Below are positions 38,939-49,074 of a stretch of DNA of 64,000 bases, piece after piece (position 1 is the first letter of the stretch; every line of letters begins with the position of its first letter). Source of the stretch: an uncultured Fibrobacterota bacterium (GTDB lineage: Bacteria > Fibrobacterota > Chitinivibrionia > Chitinivibrionales > FEN-1185); NCBI GenBank assembly GCA_963729895.1, contig CAVSQB010000027.1, forward strand, positions 32,001-96,000, read 5' to 3'. A program made the position numbers and the translations under genes. The notes beneath the pieces are model-generated. The model did not search any database. It had not been told where the DNA came from and was given only the letters and a program-made list of their open reading frames with translations.

Positions 38939-39214
38939 ATGCAGGAATTTACCAGGAGCCTTGACGAAGTTCTTGCGACCTTCGAGCGAAACATCATCGA
39001 ACAGACACTGAAAGATACCCATGGAAACCAGAGAAAAGCCGCCATTCTTTTGGGAATCACCAGGCGCAAAATCCAATATAAGATCGCCAAGCACGGAATT
39101 GATTTTAGGGCCATAAAGAATGATTATCGTGCGGATGAGCATTTCACACAGGCATGGGATCACTTTTCGCGTTTGAAAAACCGCCATAAAAGCGGGAATT
39201 TTTTGTTGCCGTAA
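38939..39214 (+). CDS. Stand-alone Fis-type HTH protein
   Basis: SLDEVLATFERNIIEQTLKDTHGNQRKAAILLGITRRKIQYKIAKHGI. Confidence 0.75.
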   Translation: MQEFTRSLDEVLATFERNIIEQTLKDTHGNQRKAAILLGITRRKIQYKIAKHGIDFRAIKNDYRADEHFTQAWDHFSRLKNRHKSGNFLLP

Positions 39215-39415
39215 GGGATATGTCTTTCAGGGTTTTCGCATACATTGACTTACAAAGAATCGCGACCAAGTTAACCGGACACTACTGATACGGCATACGA
39301 AAACTTCAAACAAAAGGAGACCACGTGCGGCAAAACAAGCGTTCGTACATCGGGTGATTGTTGTCGGACTTAACTTAGGGTAACAACGTTCATTTCTAGA
39401 AGGAGGTCCAGAATC

Positions 39416-41041
39416 ATGAGGCAACTATTTGCAATTGTTCTCGCCATGTTTGTCCTTTTTGCAAATGCCAACCCAGTGTTGGCAGACAACAGTCCGGCCG
39501 CGGCTGCGCCGGCGGCCGGCACATCCACAGCTGCCGCACCAGCCGCAGCCCCGGCGGCAGCGCCCGCACCGGTACCGGACCCAAGCGGTACTAAGACCGG
39601 AAACATTAGCGACGTTCCCGCGGCGAAAGCGGGCGCCCCGACACTCAGCGAACTGGGCGACGCGGTCGGTCATAACCGGATCTCAATCAATTTCGTGTGG
39701 ACGTTGATTACGGGATTCCTTGTCATGTTCATGCAGGCCGGGTTTGCAATGGTTGAAACTGGGCTTACCAGGGCAAAAAACGCTGCGCATACCATGGCGA
39801 TGAATTTTATGATTTACCCTCTTGGCATGCTGGGATTTTTTGTGTGCGGTTTTGCCTTTATGTTTGGCGGTCTCGGGCCCATAGCCACGATGGGAAATTA
39901 CGCGGGTTTAAACCATGAGTTCATTATAAACCTATTTGGAAAACCATTCGGCCTTTTGGGGTTGAAGGGTTTCTTCCTCAGCGGAACTTCATACGATGCA
40001 GCCGTCATAACGCTGTTCCTGTTCCAGATGGTGTTTATGGATACCACGGCCACAATCCCGACCGGATCAATGGCGGAAAGGTGGAAATTCATTGCGTTCA
40101 TGTTCTATGGAGTGGCTGTCGGCACCATCATTTATCCGGTTTTCGGCAACTGGGTATGGGGCGGCGGCTGGCTCTCACAGCTTGGAGCGAATTTCGGCAT
40201 TGGCCATGGACATTGCGATTTTGCCGGGTCTTCCGTTGTGCACATGACCGGTGGAGTCCTGGCGTTGGTTGGCGCATGGCTGATTGGACCGCGAATAGGA
40301 AAATTCAACAAGGATGGTTCGCCTAATGCAATTCCGGGGCACAATATACCCATGGCGATCCTCGGAACATTCATTCTCGCTTTCGGATGGTTCGGCTTTA
40401 ACCCGGGCTCGTCGCTTGCCGGAACCGATTTGCGGATCGGCATCATCGCGACAAACACCATGCTTGCCTCGGCTACCGGCGCAGTGGCATCCACCCTGTG
40501 GATGTGGATATTCAAGACAAAGAAACCGGACCCGAGCATGATGGCCAACGGAATGCTTGCGGGTTTGGTGGCAATCACCGCACCGTGCGCCTTTGTCAAT
40601 CCTGTAGGCGCAAGCATCATTGGATTGATTTCCGGCGTGCTGGTCGTGGAATCGGTGTACTTCTTCGAAGGCGCCCTCAAAATAGACGATCCTGTCGGCG
40701 CCATATCCGTTCACGGTGTAAACGGCGCCTGGGGTTGCCTCTCGCTCGGCCTCTTTGCGGACGGTACGTACGGAGACGGCTGGAATGGCGTTGCCGGCAC
40801 CGTCAAGGGGCTCTTCTATGGGTGCCCCGCGCAATTTGGCGCAGAGGTCATCGGCGTCCTGACAAACTTCATCTTCGTGGGATTGATTGGGCTTCTTGTT
40901 TTCAAGTTCATCCAGATCACCGTCGGTAACAGGGTGAGCACGGCAGTTGAAATCGGCGGCCTGGACATACCGGAAATGGGAACGGCCGGATACTGCGGCG
41001 TCAAGATGGACAAATACTCCGAAACTCCAATGTCAAAGTAA
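39416..41041 (+). CDS. amtB: Ammonium transporter
   Basis: FMQAGFAMVE, FQMVF, DFAGSSVVH, GWFGFNPGS, NGMLAGLVAIT, DDPVGAISVHG. Confidence 0.95.
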   Translation: MRQLFAIVLAMFVLFANANPVLADNSPAAAAPAAGTSTAAAPAAAPAAAPAPVPDPSGTKTGNISDVPAAKAGAPTLSELGDAVGHNRISINFVWTLITGFLVMFMQAGFAMVETGLTRAKNAAHTMAMNFMIYPLGMLGFFVCGFAFMFGGLGPIATMGNYAGLNHEFIINLFGKPFGLLGLKGFFLSGTSYDAAVITLFLFQMVFMDTTATIPTGSMAERWKFIAFMFYGVAVGTIIYPVFGNWVWGGGWLSQLGANFGIGHGHCDFAGSSVVHMTGGVLALVGAWLIGPRIGKFNKDGSPNAIPGHNIPMAILGTFILAFGWFGFNPGSSLAGTDLRIGIIATNTMLASATGAVASTLWMWIFKTKKPDPSMMANGMLAGLVAITAPCAFVNPVGASIIGLISGVLVVESVYFFEGALKIDDPVGAISVHGVNGAWGCLSLGLFADGTYGDGWNGVAGTVKGLFYGCPAQFGAEVIGVLTNFIFVGLIGLLVFKFIQITVGNRVSTAVEIGGLDIPEMGTAGYCGVKMDKYSETPMSK

Positions 41042-41070
41042 CGGCGGAAGCCATAAGAAGGAGGTAATGC

Positions 41071-41412
41071 ATGAAGAAAGTGGAAGCAATTATCCGAAGA
41101 GAAAAGCTGGGGGACGTCATGAACGCCCTGGAACAGGTAAAGTGCCCTGGCATCATGATATGCGATATTGAAGGATACGGAAAGCAAAAGGGCATTACCG
41201 AGCAGTTCCGGGGCCGGGAAGTCCAGATGAAACTTGTTCCAAAGGTCAAGCTGGAATTGGTTTTGCCGTCGACAAGGGTGCAGGAATTCGTCGGCATCAT
41301 TCTAAAGGCGGCACAAACCGGTGCCGTTGGCGACGGGAAAATCTTCATCTCCGAAGTCGAGCAGGCGATCAAGATCCGTACCGGAGAAAGCGGTGAAGAG
41401 GTGGTGTCATGA
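41071..41412 (+). CDS. glnK: P-II nitrogen regulatory protein
   Basis: GYGKQKG, PKVKLE, TGAVGDGKIF, IRTGE; adjacent to amt. Confidence 0.92.
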   Translation: MKKVEAIIRREKLGDVMNALEQVKCPGIMICDIEGYGKQKGITEQFRGREVQMKLVPKVKLELVLPSTRVQEFVGIILKAAQTGAVGDGKIFISEVEQAIKIRTGESGEEVVS

Positions 41413-41618
41413 CAACCGCCATGATCGGCAGATATTTCGCCCAAATCGATAATCAGAAGAAAATCCTGTTGTGGTCTCTAATTTCGGGGGCCTTCCTGCT
41501 CCTGCTTCTGGGCGGGTACGGCCTGTTTGCCCACAGAATACTCGGGGGGTTTATTCTGGCCGCCGATGTGTGGTTCACATTCAGGATCGTCAAAATGATT
41601 CGGAAAAAAGGGAAATAG
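41409..41618 (+). CDS. Small membrane protein
   Basis: Two TM helices; ATGA overlap with the P-II gene. Confidence 0.6.
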   Translation: MTTAMIGRYFAQIDNQKKILLWSLISGAFLLLLLGGYGLFAHRILGGFILAADVWFTFRIVKMIRKKGK

Positions 41619-41695
41619 CGGTGGCGCTGCTCTGGGATGGAAGGCGGAATGCCTCCATCCCGGAGGACTTTCAACAGGGGAAAAGAGAGTTCTCG

Positions 41696-42736
41696 ATGAC
41701 ATTGGAAATGGCCGGGCTTTTCGCTATCCTGCTTGCAGTTCTGGTACTTCCCTTTACAGTGAAGATCATAGAAAAGCAGCTCGAAATATTTCTTTTGATA
41801 AGCGGAATTGGAGCGGTGACGTTAACCTCCCAATGGAATATGAAACTCTTTGCCGAGGGACTGGGACAGCCCGTAAAGATTACACTCGCGGTTCTGGCAG
41901 CCGGAATACTTTTTAGACTGCTTCAGAATTACATAGCCGGGCTTGTCGAATGGTCGATCAAAGTGCTCGGCATAAAAAAATTCGTTTTCATCATGGTAGC
42001 GGCTCTTGGAATTGCGTCAAGCTTGATAACGGCGATCATCGCGGCGCTTGTCCTTGTGGAAATAATCAGCCATTTGAAACTGGTCAGGAAAGCCGAAATC
42101 CCGGTAGTCGTGCTGGCCTGTTTTTCCATCGGACTTGGGGCTGTTCTGACGCCGGTGGGTGAGCCTTTGTGTACCATCGCGATAGCCAAACTTGGAGGCG
42201 CGCCCTTTCACGCCGGATTCTGGTTTTTAGGCGGGAATTTGTGGATATCCGTTATCCCCGCTGTTTTTCTTTCGGCCTTCACGGCCGTACTATTTATTTC
42301 GAACGCGCAAAGGACCAATGTCGGCCTTTCCGAAGACCGGCAGGAAACATACAGGGACATCGGCGTCAGAACACTAAAGGTTTACTTTTTCGTCATGGCC
42401 CTCATTTTCCTTGGGCAGGGTTTCAAGCCGATAATAGATACATACATTTCTCGCATACCCGTCGCAATACTATACTGGGTAAATAGTATTTCGGCAATTC
42501 TTGACAATGCGACACTTACCGCAGCGGAGATCGGGCCTTCCATGAGTCTGTCGCAGATCAATTCGGCATTGCTCGGACTGCTGATCGCCGGGGGCATCCT
42601 GATTCCTGGGAATATTCCAAATATCATTTCCGCGGGCAAATTGAAGATTACGAGCAGGGAATGGGCGAGAATAGGAGTTCCCGCGGGATTAGCTCTCATG
42701 GTCATGTTTTTCCCAATGGTACTGTTGTCAAAATGA
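41696..42736 (+). CDS. DUF1646-family putative cation transporter
   Basis: SSLITAIIAALVLVE, GAVLTPVGEPL, SAILDNATLTAAEI, GGILIPGNIPNII. Confidence 0.82.
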   Translation: MTLEMAGLFAILLAVLVLPFTVKIIEKQLEIFLLISGIGAVTLTSQWNMKLFAEGLGQPVKITLAVLAAGILFRLLQNYIAGLVEWSIKVLGIKKFVFIMVAALGIASSLITAIIAALVLVEIISHLKLVRKAEIPVVVLACFSIGLGAVLTPVGEPLCTIAIAKLGGAPFHAGFWFLGGNLWISVIPAVFLSAFTAVLFISNAQRTNVGLSEDRQETYRDIGVRTLKVYFFVMALIFLGQGFKPIIDTYISRIPVAILYWVNSISAILDNATLTAAEIGPSMSLSQINSALLGLLIAGGILIPGNIPNIISAGKLKITSREWARIGVPAGLALMVMFFPMVLLSK

Positions 42737-43007
42737 GACTTTCAACTTGTTCTTCGCGTCATGAAATGGTTGCACCGCAAACCACGGGGCCGACCCTTTG
42801 GGCAGCCCGGAAGGAGGGACAAACCGGGAATAGTGGTGACTGCGTGCCTGTTATTCGGCGGGCCGACGATGCAATCCGCTCGCCGCCCGGCGAAGCGGCA
42901 CAATTTTCACCCTGCAAAAAATTCGCTTTGCAAAGTTGAGAATCATTCCGTGACGAATGAATGTAAGACAAAACTGTGCAATTTCCACCTTTACGAAAGG
43001 ATGCATC

Positions 43008-43808
43008 ATGAAAAGGTTAATGACGATGCTCGTTATTGCGGCTACTGTATTTCTCGGGGCCCACACCACACAGGCCACGCCTTCCACACAGATTTGGATT
43101 CCGTCAACCGACATACAGGGATTCGGCGTTTTTCATCTCGGCTGGGATTCGTACATCAAGACCGCCGCGCTCAATGGAGTATTTGAACCCACGGTCACCA
43201 ACGGCGGGATAACGGTAGGCGTATTGCCTTTTAAGCAGGTTGGGCTTGAGATCGGCATCGATTATCGTGATATCAATGCCAATCATATATACCCGCTCTA
43301 CTTCAACGCCAAGCTGGGGGTTCCTGAGGACGCTTTCTTCAAATACATGCCGGCGGTGGCAATCGGGGCCTTCGATTTGGGAACAAAAACGAGCGGCGCA
43401 AGTCTCACTAATTTCAACATTTCCTACGGTCTCATTGCAAAGAATATCTGGAAGCTCGGACGCATTTCGGCCGGATATTATCTGGGCAACGACAATGCTC
43501 TGGGCGTGGCGAAGAAAGACGCCCAGGGGTTTCTGGTGTCGTGGGATCGCACGATGTCCGAGCTTACCGATAAACTCTGGCTTGCCGTGGATTATATGGG
43601 CGGATACAACAGTTACAGCGAGATAAGCGTCGGCGCCTCATACGCGATAACACCCGACGTGAGTTTTATCGTCGGATACGACGTTTGGAGCGATATCGAC
43701 TATGTGAACCAAGTGGGCGGCACTCCGGCAAAACCAACGGTTACCGTCCAGTTTGACGTCAACCTGCCGGCGGTTCAGGATTGGTTCAAGAAACCGGAAA
43801 AGAAGTAA
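43008..43808 (+). CDS. Exported protein, probable outer-membrane beta-barrel
   Basis: Signal peptide (ATPSTQIWIPSTDIQ), alternating beta-strand pattern. Confidence 0.6.
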   Translation: MKRLMTMLVIAATVFLGAHTTQATPSTQIWIPSTDIQGFGVFHLGWDSYIKTAALNGVFEPTVTNGGITVGVLPFKQVGLEIGIDYRDINANHIYPLYFNAKLGVPEDAFFKYMPAVAIGAFDLGTKTSGASLTNFNISYGLIAKNIWKLGRISAGYYLGNDNALGVAKKDAQGFLVSWDRTMSELTDKLWLAVDYMGGYNSYSEISVGASYAITPDVSFIVGYDVWSDIDYVNQVGGTPAKPTVTVQFDVNLPAVQDWFKKPEKK

Positions 43809-43835
43809 GTTCAAACATGTGGGAAAACGCATCGA

Positions 43836-43866
43836 AGAAGAGACGTCTGTCATGACGTCTCTCTTA
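43836..43866 (+). terminator. Hairpin terminator
   Basis: AGAGACGTC...GACGTCTCT. Confidence 0.5.
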
Positions 43867-43947
43867 TCATTCCATGATGCCCGAGGTTGAGACATTTGAT
43901 ATGTTTGCGCAGTGTCAACTGATACTTGAGCTCAAAGGAGGTCCTGT

Positions 43948-44172
43948 ATGGTATTGATACAAAGAGCTGCCGCTAAGCCAGGTACCACAAAGAAAGCAGG
44001 TTTTTCTTTCGGTATTAACCAATTCAAAGCAAAAGACCAGTTCAAAGCGGAAATAGAGAAGCGAGCTAAGGAAATATTTCTGAAACGTCAAGCATCGAAG
44101 GCTCCGGGAGATGCCCTTTCCGATTGGCTTCTGGCAGAGAAAGAGATGAGGGAGAAGCATTTGTTGCCGTAG
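43948..44172 (+). CDS. DUF2934-domain small protein
   Basis: EIEKRAKEIFLKR...GDALSDWLLAEKE; RBS GGAGG. Confidence 0.7.
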   Translation: MVLIQRAAAKPGTTKKAGFSFGINQFKAKDQFKAEIEKRAKEIFLKRQASKAPGDALSDWLLAEKEMREKHLLP

Positions 44173-44433
44173 ACCTCTTTGGAGAATGGAGACGATATCT
44201 GCAGCGTACCGGGTTGTCCGGAATCAGAAAGGTCACTTGATACGGCCTTTTCGGCGAGGAAAGAAGAAGCGTTTTCCGCGATATGGTCCAAATCCCGGGA
44301 TGTCGGTAGGGGGATCAACAGCTGACGCCTGCGCCGACGCGCACCTGATAATATAGACGGACGAACGTTCGTTTTAGTAAACAAGAGCCATCCGACGTTG
44401 ACGTTCCACTTCACCCGCGGGTCAATAAGTAGC

Positions 44434-46338
44434 ATGCAAGCCAATCCGCATCCAGCCTCCGATATGCCGGCCCGCGCTCTTCCGGCAAGTCTCGCCCTTG
44501 CGATGGGTGCGCTTGGCATCGTGTTCGGCGATATCGGCACCAGTCCGCTCTACGCGTTGCGCGAATGTTTTTCGGGCCAGAATCATGTCGACTTGAATTC
44601 GACAAACATCTTCGGCATGGTATCTCTCGTATTCTGGTCGCTCTTTATTGTCGTGTGTATCAAGTATGTCTTCTTTGTGATGCGAGCGGACAACAAAGGC
44701 GAGGGTGGGATTCTCGCGCTTTCGGCGCTCGTTGACCGGATAGGCGTCAAGACTCCGCGCATGCATGGGATTATCCTGATGCTTGGCTTGCTTGGAACGG
44801 CGCTGCTCTTCAGCGACGGTATCATCACTCCCGCCATCTCCGTCATGAGCGCTATTGAAGGTTTGGATGTGGCCACACCGTTGTTCCAGCCCTTCATCCT
44901 GCCGCTTTCCATATTGGTTCTGGTTGCCCTGTTCATGATCCAGAAGCGGGGGACGGACACCGTTGGGAAGCTTTTCGGACCGGTGATTTGTGTATGGTTT
45001 CTCACTATTGGCGTGCTTGGGCTGGTGCAGATAATCCACTGTCCTCGTATCCTGGTTGCGCTGAACCCGCTCTATGCGGTCAGATTCTTCTTTCATAACG
45101 GCCTGCACGGTTTCTTCATGCTCAGCAACGTGTTCTTAACCGTGACCGGCGCAGAGGTGCTATATGCTGATATCGGCCATTTCGGCAAACATCCTATCCG
45201 TCAAGCATGGTATTACATGGTGTTCCCGTCGCTTATTCTAAACTACGCCGGGCAGGGCGCCTATCTCCTGCGTTCAAACGCCGTTCCGCCGCACCTGTTT
45301 TACGCATTGTGCCCGACATGGTTCTTGCTGCCATGCGTGGGAATAGCCACAGCCGCAACCGTGATCGCCTCACAAGCCGTCATTTCCGGGACGTTTTCGA
45401 TTTTCAGGCAGGCCGTGGGCCTGGGCTACTGGCCGCGTATTCGTGTGATTCACACATCGCAGAACAAGATCGGTCAGGTATATCTTCCTTTTGTGAACAT
45501 CATGCTCCTGGTGGGCATTCTGATGCTGATACTCTATTTTAAGGAATCGGATAAGCTCGCGGCGGCCTACGGCATCGCAGTGTCCGCCACCATGCTCATA
45601 ACGACGTTTCTCTCGCTCTATTTGTCGCCCAGCGTGTGGCGCATTCCGAGACCGTTGCTTATTACCATGTATGCCGTCATTATCCCCGTCGACCTTTCAT
45701 TTTTTGTCGCCAACCTGATCAAAATACCTGCGGGCGGATGGGTGGTTGTCCTGATTGCAATTGCGGTTTATCTGGCCATGGCGACTTGGATCAAGGGACG
45801 GACGATTCTCCACAAGAATGTTGAAGCTGCAGAATTGAACATGTGCATGTTCCTCCAGGACATTCGTGAAACAAAACCACTTCGCGTTCCCGGCGTGGCT
45901 GTGTTTCTTTCCAGCAGCATTTCCGGCGTTTCACGCGGATTGCTGCATAATTTCAAGCACAATAAGATTCTCCATGAAAAGACCGTAATCCTATCGGTGC
46001 TTATCGAAGACATACCTAAAGTTCCCTTTGGTGAACGGATGTCGCACAAGGATCTTGGCGAAGGGTTTCATCAAATCATTCTCAGGTACGGCTTCATTGA
46101 AACCGCGAATGTTCCGGTGGCGCTTTCCGGCGTTTCCATCCCCGGCCTTGTTTTCGAAACCATGAAGACGACCTATTTTCTCGGAAAGGAATCTTTGATT
46201 ATCACCAATGCAAAGGGAATGGCTTCCTGGAGAAAGAAAATCTTTCAGTCCATGGCGCAGAATTCGTTGGACGCATCCTCGTTCTATGCCCTACCGCTCA
46301 ACCGGGTCGTGGAGCTGGGCGTGCAAGTGGAGCTGTGA
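44434..46338 (+). CDS. kup: KUP/HAK/KT potassium transporter
   Basis: GIVFGDIGTSPLY, RADNKGEGG, DGIITPAISV, TGAEVLYADIGHFG, GQVYLP. Confidence 0.95.
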   Translation: MQANPHPASDMPARALPASLALAMGALGIVFGDIGTSPLYALRECFSGQNHVDLNSTNIFGMVSLVFWSLFIVVCIKYVFFVMRADNKGEGGILALSALVDRIGVKTPRMHGIILMLGLLGTALLFSDGIITPAISVMSAIEGLDVATPLFQPFILPLSILVLVALFMIQKRGTDTVGKLFGPVICVWFLTIGVLGLVQIIHCPRILVALNPLYAVRFFFHNGLHGFFMLSNVFLTVTGAEVLYADIGHFGKHPIRQAWYYMVFPSLILNYAGQGAYLLRSNAVPPHLFYALCPTWFLLPCVGIATAATVIASQAVISGTFSIFRQAVGLGYWPRIRVIHTSQNKIGQVYLPFVNIMLLVGILMLILYFKESDKLAAAYGIAVSATMLITTFLSLYLSPSVWRIPRPLLITMYAVIIPVDLSFFVANLIKIPAGGWVVVLIAIAVYLAMATWIKGRTILHKNVEAAELNMCMFLQDIRETKPLRVPGVAVFLSSSISGVSRGLLHNFKHNKILHEKTVILSVLIEDIPKVPFGERMSHKDLGEGFHQIILRYGFIETANVPVALSGVSIPGLVFETMKTTYFLGKESLIITNAKGMASWRKKIFQSMAQNSLDASSFYALPLNRVVELGVQVEL

Positions 46339-46479
46339 TTGCTGTTTTTCGGCTTTGCATTACTGTTCAGGATCTCCGCAACCTTGCGGCGTCCACTCCG
46401 ATAAATAGAGAAATACGGACCAGATTGAAGTTGGTGCCTCAGAAATACGTAGAAGATTTGAAATAGTACATTGATAATA

Positions 46480-47050
46480 AATTGGGCGCCCCGCCCCGGT
46501 TTTTCACAATGCAGTTAGAATCAGATCGAATTCCGGATTGCCGAGCCGGTGCGGCGATAACTAAGTCAACTAAATACGATTCTGGTTTGCTGAGCGGGTG
46601 CAGCGTGGATGTGCTCGTGGCAAGCCCGAACCTTCAGCTGCGCGCACCCTACAATCACCCGATTAACAAAATGCAATACCAAATACTTTGGTCTTCCGGC
46701 CGCAGTTGCACTATTGAGTGGAAAACCTAAAATACCTTCGCGTTTTTGTTTCTTGCGTTAGGCACGACCGTAAGGTGTGCAGAAGCACAGTGCCGGTCGG
46801 CCCCGCCGAAGGCATAGGGGCGATCCGGCACCGAGGCTGACCAGCCGACGACCCTTGGAAGCACCCGAAGGGGTGGCCCGGAGGGAGGGCCGACCCGAGT
46901 GTGGCGAGGGGAACGCCCGCTTGTTACTCTTGATTTCTGGGTGCCCCACAGCAGAAGATTGGATTATAGCAATTGCTCCAACTATGGGGTCACCCGGCAC
47001 TGCTATCCAAAAGCATTTTATAATTCATATTTCCGGCTCAGCCATCCACT
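46480..47050 (+). repeat. Mosaic intergenic element, copy D
   Basis: 18-bp units at 46539, 46588; core nearly identical to copy C; inverted end unit at about 47033. Confidence 0.85.
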
Positions 47051-47096
47051 AGCAAATTGCATTTACATATTCGTCGTGTGGAAGCAACACCGGCCG

Positions 47097-47660
47097 TTAT
47101 AATCCAAGCGTGATAATAAGACTGTCGCCCTCAATCCTCGTATCTCTCAAGAAACGTCTTGCCAGTCTTTGCTTAAAGGACGTAGAATCCAGCCGGTATA
47201 CGGGAATACACGCCATATAACTGCCGGCTACGTCCAACCGCGGACCTGTGCGCTTCCCTTTCTTCTTCGAAGAATCCTTGTCCTCTACGACCATGTTGAC
47301 GATTCTGACTCTTGATAGGAAGAACAAGCCCTGTTTGCACGCAAGCATGCCGTTGAGATCGACGGCTCCGGCAATACCGTTGCGCCAATTGGGGAAGAGA
47401 GGATTCGGATGGGCAGCCGACACGCGTTCGCAGTACCTGAATTTCAAGCCTATATTCCTGCCCGAAAAATAGACGAGCGGCGAATCCAGAGTGACCCCCC
47501 GGCCAAGAATATTTCTCTCACAGGGAAACTGTCTACCGACCATTTCCTGTATGCGAGTCCTGGGTATGGCAATTCGCTGGAAGCGGGCGCAACTCACCAG
47601 TGACAACAAGCACAGCGAAGAAACAACAAATCTGGTCACGAGACTTCCTCTCACAATCAC
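47097..47660 (-). CDS. DUF1439-like lipoprotein
   Basis: LVSC lipobox; IQEMVGRQFP, IPVYRLD, IEGDSLIITL; start uncertain. Confidence 0.55.
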   Translation of the reverse strand: MIVRGSLVTRFVVSSLCLLSLVSCARFQRIAIPRTRIQEMVGRQFPCERNILGRGVTLDSPLVYFSGRNIGLKFRYCERVSAAHPNPLFPNWRNGIAGAVDLNGMLACKQGLFFLSRVRIVNMVVEDKDSSKKKGKRTGPRLDVAGSYMACIPVYRLDSTSFKQRLARRFLRDTRIEGDSLIITLGL

Positions 47661-47682
47661 TTTGAATCTAATGCATATGTAT

Positions 47683-48240
47683 TGCTAAGCCCGTGCAGCG
47701 GTTGCAAATTTAAATTCTAGTTCACATGGTATGCTGAGCCCGTGCGGCGTGGGTGGTTTGGCGGCAAGCCCGAAACACCCGTTGCGCGCACGGCAGAAAC
47801 ACCCGGTTGCAAAATTCCCAACGCCAGCCTATTTCCCTGCTGACAACTCCCCCCGCGATCAGTTCCGCCTGCTTCAGGAGGGTTTCGGTTGCCAAAACAT
47901 GAGTCGGGGCAGTCTGCCCCGAACCCTGACCAAAGGTGCTCTGCAGCGAGCGCCTTTGGAATCCGCGCCGCGCCCGCAGCGCCGCCTGATCGCTCGGCCT
48001 GCGGGCCGCTCGTGAACTCACCCGGCAGGACGACGAGCAATTTCGTTCAAAGATGCCGGGCTCGGACAGCACGAGCGGGCCAATCCTCCGGCCGAGCGGG
48101 CGGCGCTGATGGCGGAAGAAAAGACAAAAGAAACTCGATCCAGCATCCTTTCCTTGCGCCGAGCGGAACGCCACTGCCACAGTCGTCAAGCCGGTTCTTT
48201 TACTGCCAACTGTCAACTTTGAACTTTCAACTTCTTCTCT
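47683..48240 (+). repeat. Mosaic intergenic element, copy E
   Basis: 18-bp units at 47683, 47732; GGCAAGCCCG...TTGCGCGCAC...CACCCGGTT module; inverted GGATTGGCCGCTCGTG-type module at about 48070. Confidence 0.75.
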
Positions 48241-48334
48241 ATTAAGGCGTTTGCGATTATGTGGACGTTCAGTCTCGGCGACAGAATGCACGATCAAGGA
48301 TGATCGTGGCACACGCTTCGGTTTTTCTCATCCA

Positions 48335-49042
48335 TCACGCGAATGGACGGGGCACCCGTGCGCACCCCTTGTCACAAAGTGTTACATCGTGAATTTCAAG
48401 ATACATAAGCGAACCGTCCCGGTGAACAGAGTTCGATTCTATGCGAATCGATTTCTTGAAAGGCGGCCCGTCAAGAACAAGAGTGTGATACTCTCCGTTC
48501 TCTCCGCACATATCAAGACCTGTATCGGCCGATTTTTGGGCCAATAATTCAAACGTGTGCATGTCAAGCAACCTTCCTATCCAATCTTCCGTGAACCAAG
48601 GCTTCTTTACGCAGGAAAATATCACTTTGAATCCGTTTGAGATCAACCGTTTCAGCAAAACGGCTCTGTCTAGATGCCATAAAGGACAGTGGACATCCAT
48701 GCAAGATTGCTCGCTGCATTCTCTTATCCAATTCGGGTAACCATTAACTTCGGAAATGTCTCCGGTCACAAGGAGGTCGATACCGTTGTTCACTTTTAAG
48801 GCGGCGATGCAGTCTTCGTAGCTCTTCTTGTAGGGCTCTTTCACGGGCATTATGGAATGTGATATGCCGAGAGCTTCCGATTGATAAGCCATAAAGCCGA
48901 GCGGGTGAGCGCGGAATTTCTCGCCCACCGGCGCGAAAGTAACGAGATTCAGAACGTCGTGTCCAATCAACATGGAATCATGCAGAGCGAGCGCGGAATC
49001 CTTTCCGCCAGTCCAAAGAATCGATGCTTTCTTTGATTTCAT
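48335..49042 (-). CDS. Diphthine-ammonia ligase-like PP-loop ATPase (DUF71)
   Basis: WTGGKDS, VTGDI, PLW, CGENGEYHTLVLDGPPF. Confidence 0.88.
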   Translation of the reverse strand: MKSKKASILWTGGKDSALALHDSMLIGHDVLNLVTFAPVGEKFRAHPLGFMAYQSEALGISHSIMPVKEPYKKSYEDCIAALKVNNGIDLLVTGDISEVNGYPNWIRECSEQSCMDVHCPLWHLDRAVLLKRLISNGFKVIFSCVKKPWFTEDWIGRLLDMHTFELLAQKSADTGLDMCGENGEYHTLVLDGPPFKKSIRIESNSVHRDGSLMYLEIHDVTLCDKGCARVPRPFA

Positions 49043-49074
49043 GAGGGTCTTCTCGTCCCTATTTTAGTACGATG

